Source of the DNA: Intoshia linei
Taxonomy: Eukaryota; Animalia; Orthonectida
DNA length: 54,366 nt
Reading direction: 5' to 3'
Assembly: GCA_001642005.1 (NCBI GenBank)
Contig: LWCA01000116.1
Coordinates: 1-54,366, forward strand
Each line of letters begins with the position of its first letter. Position 1 is the first letter of the stretch. The notes below the pieces were generated by a model. It ran no database searches and was not told the DNA's origin. It saw only the letters and a program-made list of their open reading frames with translations. Of this stretch, positions 24,101 to 35,800 are shown one piece after another. The position numbers were made by a program, and so were the translations under genes.

Positions 24101-25165
24101 CCCAAACTTACCCAACTTACCATGCTCGAGGTCACCCTAAATCAATAATAGGCTCAAAAATTGTCACAAACGATAGTAGTGTTATATTGCCCTCAGCCAC
24201 TTTTTTAGTGCTTTTGACTTGACATTTTAAATTTAACACAAAATAATTATGATAATGACGAATATATATTGTGCTAAATGTCAATTTGTAAAAATGAGAC
24301 CCCGTTTTATTAAAATTTCGTCAAGCTCTTCCCCGAAAAGAGATCTCGGTGCGGTAGGTTGGGAACTGTGAATTTTTATTATCTTTTTTGCAATTTAATG
24401 TATGCTGATTGAACAATATATTTAAATATTTTCATTTTTAATCAAACTTTGAGTGAATTGTTTTTTTTAATATCATTTCTTTTTTTCCAGAATTTAAATC
24501 TAAACGACTCATAGTAACCTTTGAAGTCTCTTTTTTATTAATAATTATATATCAATATATTTTAGATTGCTAAATGACTACACAAACGATGATAATTTAA
24601 TTATAAGCGATAATTTAACTAAGGTACAGCGACTACTCCAAGTATTCTATGAAGTGTTTGTGAATTTTTGTTCCAAAACTCTCAGAGCTTTATTTAAAGA
24701 TTCTTCAGAGGTAATTAATGGAATGAAATAAAAACTTTATAAATTAAATTTACAGTGGTTTCCAATCTTTTGTGCATGCAACCGTCTTCATTTTTCGAGA
24801 CCTCACAATCAAAAATATGACACAATTAATTTTAAAATTTTATAAATGAATCACAAGAAATGTAGTTTAAAAATTAGGTGTCAATTATTCAATGAATCGT
24901 CAATCCATGACGCAAAAGATTACACTAAAAAATTTAGATTTTTTTAATTTTATTGATTTAAAAAAGGTAATTTGGGTTTTTGAGCGTAGCTATATGATTT
25001 TTTGTGCACATAATACACTTGAAACCACTGTTTCACCCTTTATATTTATTTAATCCATTATAGAAATTGTTCCATTTTAATGAATCTCAAACATTTTTAA
25101 AACAAGCCAACATTGAATTAATAAATAAATATAGCATGTCAAGTAGTGAAATAAATGTTGACTGA
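18141..25165 (+). CDS. COG8: Conserved oligomeric Golgi complex subunit 8, highly divergent (~500 aa, 12 exons)
   Basis: Exons 18141-18159, 18237-18361, 19551-19654, 19956-20127, 21332-21493, 21530-21581, 22073-22245, 22295-22494, 23527-23599, 23852-24027, 24566-24710, 25064-25165, all in phase. Colinear similarity to COG8 as recalled: IIQFLTLPKKF...DAIEI, LHWSNIEISQLV, LCLVYAKSLKVICCDF, MKLMNYPLFVVVCNDVI, VFVNFCSKTLRALF. Confidence 0.75.
18424..18724. mobile_element. hAT-type MITE with 8-bp TSD, carrying a tRNA-derived cassette
   Basis: TIR TAGACCTGTTCATG / CATGAACAGGTCTA; perfect TSD CATACAAG at 18416-18423 and 18725-18732. Confidence 0.9.
18556..18632 (-). pseudogene. Degenerate tRNA-like sequence (tRNA-Ser-like) with A/B boxes and T-run
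   Basis: GATGTCTAACTGGCACAGTGGTTACAGTCATATAATTGTGTTCTGCGTGGATAGGTTCGAATCGAGATTTGGACATC followed by TTTTT. Confidence 0.6.
20170..21134 (-). mobile_element. Tc1-like transposon remnant (degenerate DD34E-type transposase, one TIR)
   Basis: Broken frames PIRRPYIPENNRCKRKK..., KAVIWSNESKI, VFQQDGASSY; end TA|CAGTTGTGGACAAAAAAAAGTGAAAG at 21134 with an inner direct repeat at ~20947-20968. Confidence 0.8.
21630..21959. mobile_element. hAT-Charlie-type MITE in COG8 intron
   Basis: cagttttcttaacc ... ggttaagaaacactg; degenerate TSD ctcctggc/ctcctgat. Confidence 0.55.
22904..23437. repeat. Long near-perfect inverted repeat (arms 22904-23138 and 23205-23437, 66-nt spacer)
   Basis: Arms are reverse complements with only a handful of mismatches. 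Confidence 0.92.
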
Positions 25166-25211
25166 TTAATCTTATTGATACATCACTTGTGACATAACAG
25201 GGTAGTCTAAG

Positions 25212-25555
25212 CAGAGCCGTTTTAAGGCATGGGCAATATGGGCTGTAGCCCTGGATCACTCATTAAAAAAGGCCTCCAAATTAATAAAAGTACTTTACAT
25301 TTATATCTTAAAATTTTTTGTGACTGCATGGTGCATATTTTTAAATGAAAAAGTAAACTTTGTTCATTAATTAACATGTAAGTAAGTTTTTGTAAAAGAA
25401 ATAAAAGTTATTAGAAACCTACATAATATCTTTTAATGCTTTTATTAACACTTAATGAAATAATACTCTTAGTCTTCAACCAACAGTATGCCTTGTCTTC
25501 TAAAAAAAGGCCCTTTGTTTAGCCCAGAGCCACGAAGTGGCTTAAGACGGCTCAG
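25212..25555. mobile_element. hAT-type MITE
   Basis: CAGAGCCGTTTTAAG ... CTTAAGACGGCTCAG; TSD agtctaag/ggtctaag. Confidence 0.75.
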
Positions 25556-26176
25556 GGTCTAAGAACACTGGAGTGAAGACAAAAAAATGATTTTAGAAAA
25601 GTTCATGTTTTGATGAGATACGCCTATAAATGTTAATGGTTTAATTTATCATACACTGGGTTGTTTTGATTAAATTCAATTTTTTTACTGAAACATTGAA
25701 ATTTTTTTTTTCGTATTTTGTGTTTTATGATTTTAAATTCAGTATTCATAAAATTATTCATATTGTAAATGTTTACATTTCTCATTTTAACTGCATCAGT
25801 GTCCAGGCATACTGAATTAAAATTTTCTTTGTATAGTTGGTATTCTATTTCCAAGTTTTTATAATTTATTAATTGTTTATTTCTATTTTCTTTGTTTTTT
25901 ATGTGTTTTCTTTTTTTTTCTAAATATTTATTTTAAATCTGTTTATTAAATTAAATATAATAATTATTATTTATTAATTATTCTATAAGTATAATAAATT
26001 ATTTTAAATCTGAAAAAAATAAAATTTTAATAAGACTAAATTTTCGAAATTTCTTAATGTAATGTTTTTTCCCTTTTTGTGAAAGTTTGCAAAAAATGCT
26101 TCAAGTTGTGATGAGTGGTATTACTTCCATGACAACATACTTTGTTTATCATAGCCGCAAGAATAACCAGGTTACA

Positions 26177-26341
26177 TAAAATGACCAGATTTAATAACTA
26201 CTATAAATTTTGTTTATTTGGAATAAATCTCAAGACGTAACTTAAGTCAAAAATTTTTATTCGTGATCAGTGATCACAGATAAATAGTTTTGAGTCAAAA
26301 CACTTTAAAATTTATAGTACTTATCAAATCTGGTCACTTTA
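26177..26341. mobile_element. MITE with TAAA(G/A)TGACCAGATTT TIR and 7-bp TSD GGTTACA
   Basis: Inverted termini; GGTTACA at 26170-26176 and 26342-26348. Confidence 0.7.
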
Positions 26342-26571
26342 GGTTACACAGTGTTGTTAAGCAGTTACTAGTAGCAATTTGCTACGCAAAAAAACATCAC
26401 TATTTCAGCAATTACTCGGATGAAAAGTCTTTCAAAAGAGCACTTGATTTTGAAATAAAATAAACTATATTTCTATGCAAAATTATTTAACGTGACAACT
26501 CAATAAATTATAAATGTTATTGTTCAATTTATTTATAAACAAATGTGCAATTTACTTGAAATTTTGAAATA

Positions 26572-27096
26572 ATGGGAAGGCACGATAAATATGATGATGT
26601 CGATTCTCTAAATAGCTCTAAAGATAAGAAAAATAAAAGTAAAAAAAAATGCAGATCAAGATCAATAGACCACCGTGAATCTAGAAAAAAGCGCCACCAT
26701 AAACGTTCACTTTCGAGATCTCGTTCGGGTTCTAAATCACGCCACCGACGAAGAAAAAGTAGAGACAGATCAAGGTCTCGACAACGACGTCGACATCGTA
26801 CTCCTCGTAGAAAATCAAAAAATAGATCCAAATCAAATTCTCGAAAAAAACACATTTATAAAGAATCTGAAAAACCTACAATACCTGAAATACCAAAAAC
26901 TGAACAAGTTGACCCCGCAATAGACAAAGAAAATGAAGAAATGCTCAAAGTAATGGGGTTTTGTAGTTTCAATACAACAAAAAATAAACAAGTTGACGGA
27001 AACGACGTTGGATCAACAAAAGTAAATAAACGACGCATTTACCGACAATATATGAACCGTCGTGGTGGATTCAACAAACTTTTGGAAACAAAGTAG
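26572..27096 (+). CDS. SNRNP27: U4/U6.U5 tri-snRNP 27 kDa protein (intronless)
   Basis: RS-rich N-terminus plus EEMLKVMGFCSFNTTKNKQVDGN...KRRIYRQYMNRRGGFNKLL. Confidence 0.96.
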   Translation: MGRHDKYDDVDSLNSSKDKKNKSKKKCRSRSIDHRESRKKRHHKRSLSRSRSGSKSRHRRRKSRDRSRSRQRRRHRTPRRKSKNRSKSNSRKKHIYKESEKPTIPEIPKTEQVDPAIDKENEEMLKVMGFCSFNTTKNKQVDGNDVGSTKVNKRRIYRQYMNRRGGFNKLLETK

Positions 27097-27935
27097 TGTT
27101 AATAAAATTACTTGTATTATATTTTAAGTTTCTTAGTATGGACCGTAGTTGTAAAACATTTTGTATTTTTTCTTTTTTTTTTTGATCGTTCCAAATCATT
27201 TTTTTCAAATTTTTGTCATATACAATTGGACAATCGCGAATGTATTTACTATACGAACAAGTTCGGCCCATTTGAGAACCTTTGGGTATCTCGATTGGGT
27301 AAATTTCTGATAATTTCTCTAGAACCGTTTCTTTTTTAGTTTTTTCACGTTTAGGTATTTTAAAATTATCCATTATTTTTTCTTGAAATCTAATTTTTTT
27401 AAAGTTTTTTAATCTTTCAATATCTAGTAATTTACTTTTTGTACTTTCGCCAAATTTGACAATCTCCTTGATTGTTGACGAAACTATAATTTTAATTAAA
27501 ATTTCATAAATTAGGTTGAGTGATTACTGACAGTTACTGACGAAATGTAAAAGTACCTATTATAAATCCTGGAATTTCCTATTTTTATCCAATTTTCTTT
27601 GTCTGATTTACATACACTTGCATTCTAAATTAAAAAAGTGTTAACATTACATTATAGGTTTTTGATTCTTCATTTATTCGAAATTTAATTTTTACCTTTA
27701 TTTTTTGATGAGCTGCGCCAACCCTTTGCTCATAAAAAATGTGACAATCATTTTGAATTTTTTTATATCGATATTTTATAATGTTACAATCAATTTCTTT
27801 AATGTTTAAATCTTGACAGTGAATGTTGTATGGTTTGTTTATAAAAGCAGATCTGACTATGTTTTCATCGTTTTTTATTATATACTGTCGTTGGATTATC
27901 GGCAGATCAATATTCAATTGAGTTGTATTCTTCAT
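27071..27935 (-). CDS. TEX52-like protein, about 4 exons
   Basis: Exons approx 27935-27651 (donor uncertain), 27624-27557, 27485-27435, 27389-27071. YPIEIPKGSQMGRTCSYSKYIRDCPIVYDKNLKK...VLQLRSILR and DCQIWRKY resemble the TEX52 core as recalled (IPPPSWMGQNSF...LKLRSEAR; DSNVWR). Confidence 0.6.
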
Positions 27936-28663
27936 TTTCGATTGGAATTTACAAATTAGATCATTTTGTTTTATTAGCCGATATTTTTACATTTGTCTCA
28001 ATTTTTGTTTACTTTACCTGGCTACTGTAATTGATTCGAATCAAGTCAACGTCACTAATTTCAATATGTAATGATTATTTAATTATAATTTTAACATTGA
28101 AAAGTAAATAGAGTACATCGGATTATATATTTTTTCAAATATCAATCGATTATATTTATTGAAATTTTTATTGATTTTGATTTATTAAATTTTAATGTTT
28201 TATTTACTATGATTTATTTTATTTACATTAGATTTTTTTAATGTATATTTAAAATATTGCATATGCTGAAATTGTGGTCAATAACCGCATATAAACAAAG
28301 ATTTTTAATAATTGTATTTTTACTTTTTTGTACATAAATTTTAAATTATAAGTCAAACTATCATTTTCACGGTAGTTATGTTTATGTATTTTATACTGTA
28401 GAAGCTGCTTTTGTGATCACTCCCGCGCAACAAATTTTAATTAGTGTAAATAATCTGAACATTTTTGACTCAACATATATGGCATTGTTTCAAATTTTTT
28501 TTTTAAATTTCCGTGGAATGGAAAAAATAAAATGCGACTTAGACCAGTCCTACAGTTAGAGTCAGATTAGGATAATGGTTCCAAAGCGTAGTAGTGCTGT
28601 CGCAAGATTCGCACATGTGTTCGCATAGGCCGTACGCCGTACCTTTATATTTACATCAGTACA

Positions 28664-29046
28664 TCCTTATATAATACGCTTTGCAATATTTGTTTGTCTG
28701 TATGTGTTATCGTTTATTTCAATAACTACAAGTCTTAGAATTTTATAAAGTCAACATTTCAATTACAGGTTTTTCCGGGGGTGTTAGCAAAATAAATTTC
28801 AAACTCCCACATTCAGATCCTACGGGTCAAAAATGACAATTGTCATTTTTTTGAAAATCAAACGAGTTGGAGACTTAAAAAAATATATACTCTGATACGG
28901 ATTTTAAAATCATAAATGTTATCATAGATTTACATTTAAAAAAATATATTTTTAGGACCAAAACCACAAATTACCCTTTTTTTTTTAATGAAAACAGCCC
29001 TAAAATTAAAAAAATGGGATAATAATTGTTTTTAAAATTCTTTACG
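28664..29046 (+). mobile_element. 5' part of Helitron-like repeat, truncated at an n join
   Basis: A|TCCTTATATAATACGC...gtttgtctgtatg start; matches the other copies. Confidence 0.65.
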
Positions 29047-29659
29047 NAGAGTCTAGATCTTTCGAATCATTTCATTATCATCATAGTTCAAATTTTCACA
29101 TGTTGAAATACGAGAACAGATATTATCATGTTTATATTTAACTAGCTTGGCAGTTTTGTACTACGTACAAACAGCACCTAGCTTTGCCAAAGGCACTTTT
29201 TTATTATACCTTTTATTATTGGAGTAATAATTTCAAAAAAAATTTGCCACATACTCATAAATTACAAAATCCGTACTGTAAATCGGATGGGGTAGAGTCA
29301 ATTAATGTTGAGAGGCACGTGGGTTTTAAGGGTGCGAACATTGTGAATCAAACCGGGATATCACCAAGTACAATAATTCGTAAAAGTAAAAGAAATACGG
29401 TAATTCCAAAAAAATATTTGCAGTATACATTATTCTAATTTTCTAAAACGAAACTGATTATTATTGAGCGGGAATTATTAGTATTCACCTGAGTTTGAAT
29501 TATACTGCTGCGTAGCGTAAGAATAATTTAAAAAAAATGAAATTATTGTTCTTGAAACGACAACGAAATAAAACGATTTTTTTTGGTGGTCGATTGATTG
29601 TTCGTTGAAATTTTTTTTAATTTGTGATTGTGGATATTAACTCAACGATTGACGACGAG

Positions 29660-30436
29660 GTGATGTCAGGATTGGGTTCACATCAACCAGAAGGAGATTT
29701 ACCTCAAAAGGACATTAACCAGTCACAAAAACAGGAGGTTAGTAATTCTATTATAAACGCGTTAAAAATGGGTTATACTACGGGCCACATGGAGTAATTT
29801 CCAAAGATATACAGAATGGCATAAATGGAATTGGGTGACCAAGTTAGCTTTTTTGAAATTGATTATTTCAAAAAAAGAGCGTGAGAGAATAAGTAGTATT
29901 CTAGGTAATTAGTGCGGAAATGTGGATCTTTGGATCAAGGTTTTGTTAAAACGTTTGGGTCTTTTGACAGATTAAATAAGTCATTCCTGCTTTTTAAAAC
30001 ACGAATAACTCGGGGTAACAAAATAGAGGACGCAGCTCATGAGATGAGTGCCGATATTATGGAGGCAATCCCGGGGCTCATTGACAAACAGGTTGAGAAG
30101 TTTGTCGAGAAAGAGGTGCTCTATCGTGTGCAACAGGTTAAAGCAGAGGTTGCCATGATAGCGCTCATGTGGGATATACCAGGTAGTACGACAATTTATG
30201 ATAGATTGTCTACTATCTTAGGGGGTGTACATTTACGTTTAGGGGCTTCAAGAGACATTTTGCGAACCAACAAGAAAGATGTGAAGCAACGTAATTTCAG
30301 GGAGTGGGTGCCGAAAAGCCAGCTGCAATGCCATCAATGCGGGGAATATGGACACATTGCCAGGAATTGCTCAGAGGATACGAGGCCGTGGAAGGAAAAA
30401 TTAATCAATGGGCCTGGGTCAGAACGGGAGATGTAG
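29660..30436 (+). pseudogene. Degenerate retrotransposon gag-like remnant with CCHC zinc knuckle
   Basis: CHQCGEYGHIARNC; locally higher GC; upstream frame broken; no pol seen. Confidence 0.6.
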
Positions 30437-30686
30437 CAATTACATCACTATGGGATGACGAAGGAATTACAGATCACTTCGAACTAATTTATATATTTGT
30501 CAAGCTTTATTAAAATTTTCTTTCCAAATATTGTTTATTCTGATAATCGTCACAATGAGTATTTGAAAATTAAAAATTGCGTAGCAATAAAAAAAATCCG
30601 AAAGAATAAACTATATAGATTTTCACCCATATGTTGCACATTTTTTTTGAAATTGTAGGATCAATGTTTTTATTTTAATCGAAATA

Positions 30687-30881
30687 CAGTCAAACTTGTG
30701 GATAGTGAACATTTGCTTCCTAATTTTTGTAATGTTCATTATGAAAAAATAATGAACAATGAAAATGACAGTGAAGTGAACATTATTAATTATGAATATA
30801 AGTTTATTTTTTATATAAGTCAAGTTAGTATAGTAATATCAGTTAAGTTTACTATTTGTTCACTATCAACAAGTCTGACTG
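30687..30881. mobile_element. pogo/Tigger-type MITE inserted at TA in a Helitron copy
   Basis: TA|CAGTCAAACTTGTGGATAGTGAAC ... GTTCACTATCAACAAGTCTGACTG|TA. Confidence 0.85.
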
Positions 30882-30907
30882 TATTTGAAAAATATTGGTT
30901 GATAATA

Positions 30908-32165
30908 CAGTCAAACCTCAATTTAACGAACAACCACTTACATGAAAATTTATTGTTCGTTAAAAAAAAGTTAACGAACTAACAAATTTATTTTTAATTA
31001 ATTGATTTTTTTATAAAAATCACATATTGTTTTGGGTCTTTCTTTTAATATAGTTTCTTTCATGGGTCGTAATGCGATTAAGCCATTCAAGTTATCAGAA
31101 ATAAAGAATTTTTCTTGTTTATCAATACATTTTAGAGCTTCAATTCTAGATATAATGTCAAACTCTCGATTTCACTACAGGTAGAATAATCAAAGCTGTC
31201 TTTATGATTGGTGTCTTCTTCTATGGGCAGTATCAAATAATCAATGAATTCATCGTCACTATAGTCGTTTTCATCATACGCAGGGAATTCATCTGTAATT
31301 TTTGCATTATTTTCCACAAGATATATCACTATTTGATAAAACGTATGTTCTAGAATACGAATTTTTAAAAAACAGGCCTGTCTCATTGCAATTATAAATG
31401 TTCATAAAACTATATTTCTCTTTACTTTTACAAAAATCTGAAAAGCTTCAAATTCACCTGTATTCACAAGACCTGCCTCACCACTAATAACACGAGAACG
31501 AATATTATGACGTTTTTGAAAACAGGAAAACCACCCATTTGAAGGTCTGAAATTGGGTTTTTTCAGACGTTTCCCGATTTTAAGAGCCATTGTTCGAATC
31601 ATATTTCCTGAAATAATTAAATTTTTCGATCTCTTTCGAACAAACCACTCATATACTAGTTTGTCGCTTTCAGCGGTTGCAAAATTAATAAACATGCATT
31701 TGTCCTCAAATCCATCTATTTTAAAGAGTCTTTAAAATTTTATTAATCACACCAAGAGGCATGCCAAATTTAATTGAAAGTTCTATTTGAGTATATTCTG
31801 CACTATTCATTTCAGAAAAATTTATAACCTATCTTTTCTTGTAATATATAAATTTTCTTTTTGATTGTTTCTTTTTAGCATCATAATAGATTTTTTATTT
31901 ATTATTAAAAAAAGATGTAATCGTACTTATTTTATATTTATTTCTTCATTATTTATCTACAGTAATGTTTATCTCGAAAAGTTCAGTTTAAGTTTTAATT
32001 TAATTTCAATATGAATCTTTATCAATTATTTTGGATCAATTCGCCAGATACCAGTCGATAAAAGGATACAATAATATTATGGCATCATTGCATGTATACA
32101 TAATGTTTAAAATCGTTCTAAAATAAAATCATTTTTTTTTAATTTTTGAAAAAGTTTGTTCGTTA
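30908..32165 (-). mobile_element. Tigger/pogo transposon remnant with CENP-B-type HTH
   Basis: DKLVYEWFVRKRSKNLIISGNMIRTMA...FRPSNGWFSCFQKRHNIRSRVISGEAG (31402-31695); TIR CAGTCAAACCTCAATTTAACGAAC at 30908. Confidence 0.88.
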
Positions 32166-32879
32166 AAAATTATTTTTCACCGGGAATGCGTAGATTCCTG
32201 GGGTTGCAATTTTGTATTTATATCAACTGGAATAAGAATTATTGGTTCTATGTGTCAATTATTTAAAAAATTGAGTTACAGTAACAATATCTTACTAACA
32301 AGTATTTGAAACACTCACTATAGTAAATGTTATCAATCTAAAATCTTAAAATGTGTGATTTCTATTTTAAAAATGGAGGTGGAAATTTTAAAAAAATATG
32401 TGTGAATTATGGGGTTAGGGGAGATTCTAAAAAAGGTTGATAACCCCTGGTCTAAATAAATGCTTCTTAAATCATTAAATGAATTTTTATATTATGTTTA
32501 TAAAATATTTCTATCTAATATAATTTATATTTTTTTTCTAGTTTTCATTCTACTAAATTTTTCAATGTTGAACATTCCACTGTTGAGTTGTTCAACTGCA
32601 TCAAAATCGACATTTTCACCAAGTTCTCTTTCAAATATGAACAACCTTTAGTCTGATAATTTAACTTAAATTGATGTTACTAGCATATAAAATTATACAT
32701 TAATTAATGATAAATGCTCATTATATACATAAAACGTAAACGATGGGTCCTAGAATTTTTTTTTAAATTTTTCACAATGTTAATACACAAATTAAAATAT
32801 TTTAGGGAACATTTATCACGCCAGGAAGGCGGCCGTCCCTGCACCCACCTAGATCCGTTACTGGGATGGATGCCTCACA

Positions 32880-35800
32880 ATAAAAATAATCGTTTTTTTT
32901 GAAATCGTTCGTTCACCGAAGATATACAGGTTATATTATACATTTTTATTTTCCAAACATTTTTTATAATCTTCAAATTTTAACCCTACAGCAACGAATT
33001 TATAAAATTAAATTTATATTAACTGAAACGTTATTTTTTTTATCAATAATTGTTACAAATTTAACATAAAATGGTAAAAAGAAAAGTAACATTCACAAGA
33101 AAAAAGGCCAAAAGTATGGACAAATTTTCAACATCAATGATTTTTATATTACAATCCTTTGCAATAATGGTAACATTCGACTGAAATATTTATAAAGTGA
33201 AAATTCAATTAATTATTTATACACAATTGGTATTTTTAAGTATTTATTAACATGGTACTTAATATATGTCATCACATTGAAAATGACAAAATNTTTCAAA
33301 CTCCCACATTCAGATCCTACGGGTCAAAAATGACAATTGTCATTTTTTTGAAAATCAAACGAGTTGGAGACTTAAAAAAATATATACTCTGATACGGATT
33401 TTAAAATCATAAATGTTATCATAGATTTACATTTAAAAAAATATATTTTTAGGACCAAAACCACAAATTACCCTTTTTTTTTTAATGAAAACAGCCCTAA
33501 AATTAAAAAAATGGGATAATAATTGTTTTTAAAATTCTTTACGCAAATGTTAACAAAACAAAATTAAGATGGAAAAAAATGGGATAATTGTTTTTAAAAT
33601 TCTTTACGCAAATGTTAACAAAAAAAATTAAGATGGAAATAATTCTTTAAAGTAAAGTGATATGATGGTTCCACTTGAAACAAGTTTGGGGATCACTCAT
33701 TTAAAGAATTGATAATAGTTAATAGTAGGATTTTTAAGTTAGATTTTCAACGTGNTATGATTAATTTTTTTTAAGCATGCCAAAATATGCGAAATCTAAA
33801 TATAAAAAAATTTATCCTAGTGAATTTACTAAGAATGACGATAATTTATTTTGTATGAAATGTTGCTATATTATTTTTACAAAATTAAATTTTGTTTAAT
33901 TACACCACAATTTAGCAAAATACAAGAGTTTTATGCATATTGTCAGTATTGGAAGTTCAATTAAAACATCGAATGACTTTTCATCAGAAATGGGGGAAGA
34001 AATTGTATCTGCGGACATACCTCTAAAAAGTTAAATAACGTCAAGTTAAGAACAACATTTAAAAAAAGGAATAATTTAGCCATCTGAAAATAGAAATAAA
34101 ATTGATGCTTTGTATTTGACAGAAATGGAGAGAATAAAAAAATATTGTATTAATAAATTAATCTTGATCATTATGGACGAAACTGATTTAAATGGATATA
34201 AGTACATTAATACTATGATCGGAACATTAGAAACACCTCAGAATGTAATATTATATGATTGTAAAAATAGTACAAGTAATATGAACGGACAAATGATCAT
34301 TCATACTTTTGATGATACAATTAAAAATAATTAAAACAAAACAAAGAAACTTTTAAATAGAAAATATTTGATTTTGTACGACCCAAATAATACACTTTTT
34401 ATTCATCTTTATTAAGACTTAAATTAAGGATCGGAAACCATTTGCATGTAGTGGACCACTTTTCTATTTTTTACAGATATATTAAAAATAGTGGATATGA
34501 CTAACGAGTACTAAATTTAAAAAAGGTTATGAAATCCTGAATTAGATATTTACGGACATAAGACAACGCTGATTGTTCTACAACTATCTAATAATGGCAA
34601 TACAATTATGTTTTAAAATTTATATAACGGTGCTACTGCCGACAAGGCCCCAGAAATATTATTATTATGACAAATAAAAGATTTTATCACTGTTTAGAAA
34701 AAAATTTAACGAAAAAAACAACACTACGTGAATTTTTTTCCAAAAGTTAATAAAGTTAAATAAATTTCATTTGTAAGTTAAATTTTTTTGTTTTTATAGG
34801 TTAAAAAAAAATCGTCCTAGTCATCACATTGAAAATGACAAAATATGTTTTTATAATTTTATTTTTTCTGGAATTTATGCTATTTATGACAATTTTTAGG
34901 ATTGGACTTTTTTTACTTTATTTTTAATATGATACACACATTCTGTCTAATAAATTAAAAAAATGGGATAATTGTTTTTAAAATTCTTTACGCAAATGTT
35001 AACAAAACAAAATTAAGATGGAATAGTTCACTTTAGAGTAAAAAGTAATGTGATATGACGGTTACACCTGAAACAAATTTTGGAACCACTCTTTTAAAGG
35101 ATAGTTAATAGTAGGATTTTTAACGTGAATTTATTTTTTTGGTATAATAAAAGANATTTTATTTTTAATATTATACACAGATTCTGTCTAATAAATTNTT
35201 TTAAAATCATAAACATTATCATAAATTTAAATTTAAAAAAATTATATCTTCAGGGTCAAAACCCTAAATTACCCTTCCTTTTTTTTGAAAACAGCCCTAG
35301 AATTTCAAAAAATTTACAGGTGGTAAAGTTGTATCATGTTAATACACATAAAAAATTTGAAACCGAATAAGTGACGACTTCTCGGTAAAAAAAGCATTTT
35401 AGTATTTATATATTTTTTTTACAAATCATTTTATTAAAACAATAAATGTGAAATAATTAACATTCCGAAAATTTAAAAAAAAAATTATTTTGAAAGCTTA
35501 TTCCAGTTGATATAAATACAAAATTTCAACCCCAGAAATCTACGCATTCCCGGTGAAAAATAATTTTTAATATATAATCAACTAATATTTTTCAAATATA
35601 TCGATTAAAATCAAAAATTGAAAATGTAAATATTGATCTTACAATTTCGAAAAAATGTGGATTGTACGTCTACACATTTCCAGTAAAGACATATGGGTGC
35701 AAATCTATATCTAAATCTATATAATTCATTCCTTCGGAATGATTTTTCATTGCTACCCTATTTTTAAATTTCAAATTTTCATTTTCAAAAAATTTTGTAA

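Noticed and set aside
26529-27038. Minus-strand and alternate-frame ORFs over SNRNP27
   Set aside because: Shadows of RS-rich low-complexity coding sequence.
32557-32652. Possible next exon of the LCAT-like gene
   Set aside because: Translates as a hAT C-terminal relic (RLFIFERELGENVDFD), not a lipase.
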